A stretch of DNA of 64,000 bases from Sulfolobaceae archaeon. Its GTDB lineage: Archaea > Thermoproteota > Thermoprotei_A > Sulfolobales > Sulfolobaceae. The DNA is taken from the NCBI GenBank assembly GCA_038893355.1, contig JAWARQ010000003.1, positions 126,787 to 190,786 on the forward strand, given 5' to 3'. This document shows, one piece after another, positions 56,860 through 64,000 of this stretch. The notes beneath the pieces were generated by a model that was given only the letters and a program-made list of their open reading frames with translations, did no database searches and had not been told where the DNA came from. A program made the position numbers and the translations under genes. Within the stretch, counting starts at the first letter, position 1. Each line of letters begins with the position of its first letter.

Positions 56860-59800
56860 ATGATTAAAGCTTTAATGATGTTAACTTTGATTTTATTTAA
56901 TTATGGCTTAGTAATAATTAACTTCAATAATTACTTTAATAATAATTCTAATAACTATAATGATAGTTTAATAATAACTGCTTCAATAATTTTTGAACCT
57001 AAGAATTTACAGCTATTACAAAAATATGTTCAAGAAAATAAAATATTAAATATTTCAGAAATAAAACAACTATTTATACCAGAGGATGAAATAGATAGCA
57101 TTTATAATTATCTAGTAAAGCGAGGCATTAAAGTAGAGAAAATACTTAACGTACTTGTTCTTACGGGAACTATAGGAGAAATAACTAAAGCATTAGGTGG
57201 TGAACTTCAAGTATTTTCGCTACCTGATGGATCAAAGTTTTATACAATAATAGGCAGTAAAATTGTAAGTAATGCAATAGTCTTAGCAACTAATTTTACT
57301 TCATTATTCACTTCTAAACCATATCTAATGAAAAATTTAACACAAGCACTAGCTTATAGTTATATAGAACCTAAGGATTTATGGAAAGCATACAATACTT
57401 CTACACTCTATTCAAGAGGAATAAATGGGGATGGAGTAAATATTGGTATATTAGCATTTGAAGGTAATCCCTATATAAGAGAACAATTGACATTGTTTGA
57501 TAGAAGATATGGTTTACCTGATCCCCCATTATTCAAGATTGTGCCTATAGGAGCATATAATCCTAATGATGGCTTATCTAGCGGATGGGCCTTAGAAATT
57601 AGCTTAGATGTAGAATATGCACATGTTATGGCACCTAATGCGGGAATAATATTATATGTAGTAAATCCTAATTATCCATTACCGGCTGCAATAGCTAAAA
57701 TAATTAATGACAACGAAGTTGCAGTAGTTTCTCAGAGCTTTGGAATTCCTGAAGTATATGTAGCCTTAGGATATTTACCGCTTTCGTTTGTTCAAGCTAT
57801 GATTTATGAGTATTGGTTAGGTAGTGTAGCAGGAATAACATTTATAGCAGCTTCAGGTGATGCAGGGGGAATTGGTTATAACTTTTTCTTATCACCTTAC
57901 GGTTCTCAATTACTGCCAGCCTCGATACCCTATGTACTAGCAGTAGGCGGTACGTCTCTCTACATTTCGGGAAATGAAAGCTTACAAACTGGTTGGAGTG
58001 GACAAGGTATACTAGGTTCATCAACTGGCGGTTATAGTATACTCTTTCCTTCTCCACCCTATCAAGGACTATCTGGATTTAGAAGAATTCCCGATATCTC
58101 TGCGGTTGGGAACCCATATACTGGAGTGCCAGTATTATACTATGATAATAAAACCTATATCGTCGGTGGTACTTCTCTAAGTGCCCCAATAGTAGCCGGG
58201 ATAATAGCGCTAGCTATCCAAGCATATGGAAGAATAGGATTTATTAATGAGTTAATATATCTACTTAACGGCACTAAAGCAATAACAAAGATAGGCGGAA
58301 TTTCGTATAATACCCCATATCAGGGTGAACTTGTAACAGGTTTAGGATATATAAATGCAGGATATTTTATTACAGAATTAGGTAAATTACTAAAAAATAA
58401 ATCTGGAATTACTAAAGTTGTAGTTTTAACTTCTAATTCTACATATCCTTTAGATTATAAAATAAAAATTATTGCTAATATCTCACCAGTACCGTACAAT
58501 CCGCCTAAATATTTGAATGGATACGTATATGACGGAGATAAAATAATCCAACAGTTTACCCTTACTTATAACGGAAGTAGTTGGATTGGATACGTTAGTA
58601 TTAAAAAATCTGGTATATTTGAAATAGTAGTGAATTATTATAATAATTTTGGATATACTTATGTAACTGTAGGCTATCAGGCAGTTTTCCTTTTACCTTA
58701 TATTGCAGTCTATCCGTTTAGAGGAAATTTACCAATACTTGCAGTAATTTATTCGGTAAATGGTAGTTTTACTATTAACAATATTAACATAACTCCTGAA
58801 GCCAATCTCTATAAATACGATCCTCTCAATAATACATTAGTTTATTTAAAGACGATAAATCTAGAACCAACTTTAGTAATAAATATAACCCAATATGGAA
58901 TAAAATTGAATAGAACATATTCAATTATTAGTGGTTATTTAAATTTATCTAACGTTTCCCGTTTTGGAGGAATTTATATATTATCAATACCGAATATATT
59001 TGGATTTGTAGAGTTTGTTCTCGGAATATATCTTGTACCAATAGTAATACCAACAATATTTACATCACCAAATTCTATATCTACAGAAAGTGGTGGAATA
59101 TTTTACATATATACGTTAACCGTTGGTAATCCAAATATAACAATATATCTAATAAATAATAATAAAGTTTTATATAAATTTACAATAGATGGAATAATAT
59201 ATAATGGTAACTTATATTATATTAAATACGTAACATTACCTAAAAATCTACCTTCTGGCCTATATACTGTCTACGTTAATGCAACATATGATAATGGAAA
59301 TTACATTTCATACGGTTATGGTTTTACTCAAATTTACATATCTAATACAACACTCTTAGTAAATGCATGGACAAATTCGTCAGTACTATATCAAAATCAG
59401 TATTTAACTATTTACTCCAGAATATCCTATCCTAATGGAACCGAAGTAAAATTTGGTTCATTCTCCGCTATAATAGTCCCATCATATATGTATTATAATA
59501 TAGAGAATTTACCTATAGATTTCATAGTGCCATTAAGGTACAACGGAAGTCTATGGATAGGTGAATATAAAGTACCTAATTCTACTTCACTCGGACTTCC
59601 TATTACTGGAAGTAGTGACGTTTTTAACATTTATGTACAAGGAATCTCGAGTGATTTAATACCTTCAAGTTTTAATGTAAAGTTTGATATATCTACGCTT
59701 TCACTATTACCTCTTTCCTCTCCAGTAAAAATAGTAGTTTTACCACTAATCTATACAAATTATTTTAATGGGACTCTAGCATACAATCAGTATATTAAAA

Positions 59801-60132
59801 CAGCAGTTATAGAGAATTCTAACTCCACATTTATAAATTCACTTATTGAAAATTTAACTGCAATTAACTCTAAAATAATTTTAATCAACTCTAAAGTCAT
59901 TTCACTAATGAATATCAATTCTACCATTATACAATATAATAGTACTATAAGCGAGTCTAGTATTCTATATATAAATACTTCCAATAGTAATATTATGAAT
60001 AATACTGCTGTTATTACTCAAAATCTTAATCACTCCTTGATATTTATAGAACCTACAACTACTTTAATCTTACTGACTATATTTATAATAATAATTATTG
60101 TTATTGTGGCGATAATTATGAGAAAATTATAA
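56860..60132 (+). CDS. S53 (sedolisin/kumamolisin-like) membrane-anchored protease
   Basis: Prodomain, EISLD (ExxxD), SGDAG, GGTSL, PDISA, GGTSLSAP; C-terminal TM. Confidence 0.92.
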   Translation: MIKALMMLTLILFNYGLVIINFNNYFNNNSNNYNDSLIITASIIFEPKNLQLLQKYVQENKILNISEIKQLFIPEDEIDSIYNYLVKRGIKVEKILNVLVLTGTIGEITKALGGELQVFSLPDGSKFYTIIGSKIVSNAIVLATNFTSLFTSKPYLMKNLTQALAYSYIEPKDLWKAYNTSTLYSRGINGDGVNIGILAFEGNPYIREQLTLFDRRYGLPDPPLFKIVPIGAYNPNDGLSSGWALEISLDVEYAHVMAPNAGIILYVVNPNYPLPAAIAKIINDNEVAVVSQSFGIPEVYVALGYLPLSFVQAMIYEYWLGSVAGITFIAASGDAGGIGYNFFLSPYGSQLLPASIPYVLAVGGTSLYISGNESLQTGWSGQGILGSSTGGYSILFPSPPYQGLSGFRRIPDISAVGNPYTGVPVLYYDNKTYIVGGTSLSAPIVAGIIALAIQAYGRIGFINELIYLLNGTKAITKIGGISYNTPYQGELVTGLGYINAGYFITELGKLLKNKSGITKVVVLTSNSTYPLDYKIKIIANISPVPYNPPKYLNGYVYDGDKIIQQFTLTYNGSSWIGYVSIKKSGIFEIVVNYYNNFGYTYVTVGYQAVFLLPYIAVYPFRGNLPILAVIYSVNGSFTINNINITPEANLYKYDPLNNTLVYLKTINLEPTLVINITQYGIKLNRTYSIISGYLNLSNVSRFGGIYILSIPNIFGFVEFVLGIYLVPIVIPTIFTSPNSISTESGGIFYIYTLTVGNPNITIYLINNNKVLYKFTIDGIIYNGNLYYIKYVTLPKNLPSGLYTVYVNATYDNGNYISYGYGFTQIYISNTTLLVNAWTNSSVLYQNQYLTIYSRISYPNGTEVKFGSFSAIIVPSYMYYNIENLPIDFIVPLRYNGSLWIGEYKVPNSTSLGLPITGSSDVFNIYVQGISSDLIPSSFNVKFDISTLSLLPLSSPVKIVVLPLIYTNYFNGTLAYNQYIKTAVIENSNSTFINSLIENLTAINSKIILINSKVISLMNINSTIIQYNSTISESSILYINTSNSNIMNNTAVITQNLNHSLIFIEPTTTLILLTIFIIIIIVIVAIIMRKL

Positions 60133-60134
60133 TT

Positions 60135-60506
60135 TTATTCTATATCAGTAATCATTCCAATCCATCTCTTTTCATCATAGAGCATATATTGCACTAGTAT
60201 CTTTATTCTCTTTATTATATTCGCAGACGTAATAACCTTTATAGGATACGAGAAATAATATATATCACCTTCTATTTCAACTTCTGCCTTTTCAGGAAAT
60301 TCAACCTTATAGCCATATTCTTCTGCGATTTCTTGTATTTTTATTGTTAAATTTGCTGCAATTTCTTTTATTGAATTGCCATATATTGGCTCAAAAGCTA
60401 AGGCTTTTAATTCTTTTTTAAACGCATCAATTCTTTCTAATCTCTTCTTCTTTTGTTTTTGTTGTTTTCTTCTTGTAGTACTACTCTCCACAAACATAAG
60501 CTTCAT
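60135..60506 (-). CDS. Hypothetical protein
   Basis: 123-aa ORF with basic N-terminus. Confidence 0.6.
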   Translation of the reverse strand: MKLMFVESSTTRRKQQKQKKKRLERIDAFKKELKALAFEPIYGNSIKEIAANLTIKIQEIAEEYGYKVEFPEKAEVEIEGDIYYFSYPIKVITSANIIKRIKILVQYMLYDEKRWIGMITDIE

Positions 60507-60642
60507 TTAATGGTTTATAAGCTATTTTACTAAACCTTAGTAAGTCAAAGCAGCAAAAGTCTTACAATTCCGAGGCCAGAACTGAGGCTAAAGTAGATAA
60601 TAATGTTCATATACTTAAAATTACTCTTTTGAATAATTCACT

Positions 60643-60782
60643 GTGGCTGCATCATAGTGCAATCATTACGGTATAAATTTTTTGCTAATGTGAACTTCTA
60701 TAAGGAGTATATGCTAAAATAAGGTTTTGTATATCTTATTTATAGAAATATAAATACCCTAATGATGACACTATGTGGCCAC
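60643..60782. repeat. ~140-nt imperfect foldback (long inverted repeat)
   Basis: GTGGCTGCATCATAGTGCAATCATTACGGTAT pairs with ATACCCTAATGATGACACTATGTGGCCAC; inner TTCTATAA/TTATAGAA and AGTATATGC/GTATATCT stems. Confidence 0.65.
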
Positions 60783-61034
60783 TCTATATTGTTTTGCGAA
60801 ACGTCTAAATTTTCATAAAAACTAATGGTTAACTTACTTTTAAATGATTGTTTTTGAATTTAACAAAATTAATCAGTCTAACATCTAAAAAATTGAAGTA
60901 TTCAACAAAACACTTATAAACTGAAAATAAATTAGTAAGAGGTAAGAGAAATAAAAAATTAATTCGAAATTTTATTACTAATAGATAAATATTATAATTT
61001 ATAGCTAATTGAATATACATAAATTACTATTGGT

Positions 61035-61457
61035 CTATCTCTCGAAATCGGGGAATAGAAAGTATTTTGAGATTTCAGGGAAATTCTTAACTCCATTTAA
61101 CAATTTCTCATCTGCCGTCAATATCACGTCGTTGAGTCTTTCTGCTAACACTATTAACGATGAGTCATAAGTAGTTAGATTGTACTTTAAGCTTAATTCA
61201 TAAGCACGTTTAGCAAGTTCCTTTCCGCTCACTACTCTACATAGTTCAATGTAAGAAAAGCCCCTAACCAATATTTCCTCTCCCTTCTCCATACTAAGCT
61301 CCTTTCTTACTACCCTTTTACGGATAGCGTTAGGGAATTCAAAAAATATCAGATCTAAGAAATAACATTCCTCTGCATTTTCTATTTCCTTCCTTACGAA
61401 ATTGCTCATCTTTTCTGGTACATAAAGTGCAAAGAGCGCAGAAGTGTCAATTATCAT
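61035..61457 (-). CDS. vapC: VapC (PIN domain) toxin
   Basis: IIDTSAL, E, YD, LTAD acidic PIN residues. Confidence 0.92.
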   Translation of the reverse strand: MIIDTSALFALYVPEKMSNFVRKEIENAEECYFLDLIFFEFPNAIRKRVVRKELSMEKGEEILVRGFSYIELCRVVSGKELAKRAYELSLKYNLTTYDSSLIVLAERLNDVILTADEKLLNGVKNFPEISKYFLFPDFER

Positions 61458-61680
61458 CCCTATCCTCTCTGATCAATTCAGCAGAGGGGGAATAATAACC
61501 GTGAGATCTTAAAAGCTCCTCTCTTATCCTATCTGCCTCCATTAATTCCCTCCTCATCTTCTCCTTCCTCACCAGCTCCTCTAAGTACTTTCTAACTAGG
61601 TCAGCATAATTTATTCCAAGCTCTTCCAACTCCCTCTTCAATTTTTCATCAATCCTTATAGATATAACTGTACTAACCAT
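61447..61680 (-). CDS. vapB: VapB antitoxin (ribbon-helix-helix)
   Basis: VISIRIDEKLK RHH start, SAELIREDRD end; overlaps vapC. Confidence 0.9.
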   Translation of the reverse strand: MVSTVISIRIDEKLKRELEELGINYADLVRKYLEELVRKEKMRRELMEADRIREELLRSHGYYSPSAELIREDRDDN

Positions 61681-61696
61681 ACCATTTTATCCTTTT

Positions 61697-61715
61697 GTAA
61701 ACATTTAAAGTTTAC
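61697..61715 (-). promoter_or_regulatory. vapBC promoter with palindromic operator
   Basis: GTAAAC-ATTTAAA-GTTTAC inverted repeat centred on TTTAAA ~25 nt upstream of vapB. Confidence 0.6.
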
Positions 61716-62306
61716 TATTTTGTCAATGTAAAAGATTTTCGGCAATACAAGAAGTTTAGGTAACTTGACGGTAAAAACTACATCTTGACTGCTAAGGATT
61801 TTGAATACTATTCAATTAATTAATTTCCATAACAACTCTATTCATAAAAGATAAAAGAGACAAATCTTCCCGCGTTATAAATTCAGGAATGTTAGAGGCT
61901 TAACGTATGTGCTCTAACGGATTCTACGTCATTATGGGAATCTCTTTTTTCTGAGATAAATGTAAAATTAATCAAATTGAACTAACTGATATTTATTCAA
62001 ATCTAACTAAATATATTTCATAAAATTGATTGCAAATAAACCAGTTTTTAAAAGAGTAGAATATAGAATAACACTTATAGGAAAATCGTTATATTTTTTA
62101 CGTTACGTTAGAAACATATAAGAAAAATATCTTCTTATTAACTGAAAAATTCTATCTAATAAGTAATAAAAATAAGGGAGTAAATTCAAAATATTTATTA
62201 GCTCATGAGCAAATATTATAATTATTTTATGGTAAGGAAATTTCCTTAAACTACTAATAGAATTAATTTCAAATAGTTTAAGAAGAGATGCATAGAGTTG
62301 GCTGGT

Positions 62307-62572
62307 CGGATTCTTTTTTATGTTGATAGAAATTTTTATATTTAATCATGTTAAAATTTTGCAATAAGGATGATCCCTCATGCCGATGTGGGTTATGTCC
62401 AAAATGATGAGGGTAAGGAGTGCGAAGATGTGAGCCAAATGCCGTTTAGCTGAAGGAGTCCCATGACCCACCTGCTATTAAGTTAGGCAGGTGGTTGAGG
62501 GCTAAGTCCCTACATCAGATCATGAATGAACATGAAATGATTAAATTAAAATGAAAGTGTAGGGATAAACGG
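62307..62572 (+). mobile_element. Mini non-autonomous IS607-like element retaining the tnpB 3' end / omegaRNA region
   Basis: CGG at both ends; TATA at ~62335; frameshifted VSQMPFS/KESHDPPAIKLGRWLRAKSLHQIMNEHEMI(K)MKV* resembling Sulfolobales TnpB C-termini (recalled); TCCCTACA/TGTAGGGA stem before AAACGG. Confidence 0.6.
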
Positions 62573-62592
62573 TTAAAAATAAAACAACTTAT
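62365..62592 (+). ncRNA. Candidate orphan omegaRNA-like RNA with two K-turn hairpins
   Basis: Stems CCCTCA/TGAGGG with CCGA...ATGATGA, AGTCC/GGGCT K-turn over CCACCTGC/GCAGGTGG, TCCCTACA/TGTAGGGA; GC-rich; upstream TTTATA. Confidence 0.5.
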
Positions 62593-62625
62593 ATATAAGA
62601 TCATATACTTAAAATAGATACAAAA

Positions 62626-63732
62626 ATGTATTCCGACATTTATTATTATTCTGAATTGAATATAGTAGGAAGAAATGATATTAATGGTTTTGGTACTTAT
62701 GAACACAAAAAGGAATTTAAGGTAAATAGGTATTTAATAAATAATAAATGGATAATTTCTAGTAATAATATTAATCTATCTAGAGAGGATTTAAGTGAGC
62801 CTAGGAAGCCTTATGAAAAATGTGAGGGTAAGTATATTCACGAGAGTGTAAACTATTGGAAAAATATAAGCGAAGAAATAAATAAAATTATTTCTAATAA
62901 TATAGATTTAAATCTTTTAATAATAAGTAAATATATTAAAAGAAATATAATTAGTAACGAATTTGAATGTCATGAAGAAAAAATTATAAATTACATAGAA
63001 TTATGTAGATATAAATTCTCTTATCTAGGTAATATAGCGGAGCTAAAAGACATTATAAATTTCTTAAGAGAGAAATGTAGGGAAATCATAACTTTAAGTA
63101 CTAAAAGAGTATGGGAGATACAAGGTAGGGTTGAGGCAGTTATTGATCCAGAGATTTTTGCTACAGTACTTCATTATTTTATAAGAGATTTCTTAAATGG
63201 AAACCTTCCAAAGTTTCAACTAAATCAGAAAATTTTAGGAGACATAAGTGTTTATGATAATCCTTTAAATACTTATTGTGCGGGGTTACATTATTTTGAT
63301 GATGAAGGTGTTAAGACAAAAAGAAAGGAAATTTTAGGAGATGGATATGTTATAGATTATTTAGGAACTAGAACAAGTAAATACGGAGAACCAGGTAATG
63401 CTAGGGGTATAATTCCAGAGCCAGATTATTTCTGTATGGAGATAAAAGGCGGTGATTGGAGATTAGAAGAATTATTTGAAGAGAATAAACAAGGTATTTT
63501 TGTGAGTGGTGTTTTAAGATCAGAAAAAGTAGACAACAGTGTTAGAATTATTCCAAGATATGTTAGAAAGGGTGATAAGGAATATTTAAAGGTGAGAGAA
63601 ATAGCTATACCTTTTACAGAACTATTATCGATTAATGGAATATCTAGAGAAATAATGAACGTAAGTGTTGATGAATTTCATTTCTCAATAGCACCATTCA
63701 TAAAAATGCCGATAAGAATAATTTTGTTTTAG
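62626..63732 (+). CDS. TldD/PmbA (TldE-like) family protein
   Basis: VYDNP...FDDEGV.T, GNARG C-terminal motifs; no HExxxH. Confidence 0.78.
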   Translation: MYSDIYYYSELNIVGRNDINGFGTYEHKKEFKVNRYLINNKWIISSNNINLSREDLSEPRKPYEKCEGKYIHESVNYWKNISEEINKIISNNIDLNLLIISKYIKRNIISNEFECHEEKIINYIELCRYKFSYLGNIAELKDIINFLREKCREIITLSTKRVWEIQGRVEAVIDPEIFATVLHYFIRDFLNGNLPKFQLNQKILGDISVYDNPLNTYCAGLHYFDDEGVKTKRKEILGDGYVIDYLGTRTSKYGEPGNARGIIPEPDYFCMEIKGGDWRLEELFEENKQGIFVSGVLRSEKVDNSVRIIPRYVRKGDKEYLKVREIAIPFTELLSINGISREIMNVSVDEFHFSIAPFIKMPIRIILF

Positions 63733-63823
63733 ATATTATTTTTCACTAATTAAAAAGTTTTTATCCTTAAGGATCTAAGAATGAATGAAATAAATTTTAG
63801 TAACTCATGTATAAAAATACTAA

Positions 63824-64000
<177 letters not shown>

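Noticed and set aside
60545-60596. Possible second IS200/605 end remnant on the minus strand
   Set aside because: Similarity too weak and hairpin not preserved
60829-61020. 63-aa minus-strand ORF after vapC
   Set aside because: AT-rich low-complexity translation with no motif
61735-61815. Possible second intN relic (FGN...LDGKNYILTAKD)
   Set aside because: Needs a frameshift and a stop over few residues, and no adjacent tRNA
62370-62453. 27-aa ORF MIPHADVGYVQNDEGKECEDVSQMPFS
   Set aside because: Better explained as a structured RNA and tnpB remnant; no independent coding evidence
62404-62453. ATGATGA...CTGA read as a standard C/D sRNA
   Set aside because: Internal boxes are poor and both ends belong to the larger mini-IS structure; not fully excluded

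Overview
AT-rich archaeal chromosomal segment that looks like Sulfolobales (Sul7d, SegAB, PibD, thermopsin, S53 protease, malonyl/succinyl-CoA reductase N-terminus, PaREP1, ISC1217-type IS). Most of it is housekeeping: a cofactor cluster (ThiDN, MoaD-MoaE fusion, pantoate kinase, PPS, PanB, MptE), 2-oxoacid:ferredoxin oxidoreductase, PurT, transporters, two COG1361 surface proteins, a DUF1998 helicase and a CBS+HPF-like protein. The ORF track misses a non-coding layer: tRNA-Leu(CAA) overlapped by a decayed SSV-type integrase N-fragment; four box C/D sRNA candidates, one apparently permuted with an sR1-like 16S guide; a frameshifted but end-intact ISC1217-like IS with 6-bp TSD; a ~140-nt foldback; and three promoter-preceded K-turn RNAs sharing motifs. 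The largest of these (62307-62572) reads as a CGG-bounded mini IS607-like element retaining only the tnpB 3' end (omegaRNA region). No CRISPR array was seen. Family and target assignments come from motif reading and recall, not database searches.
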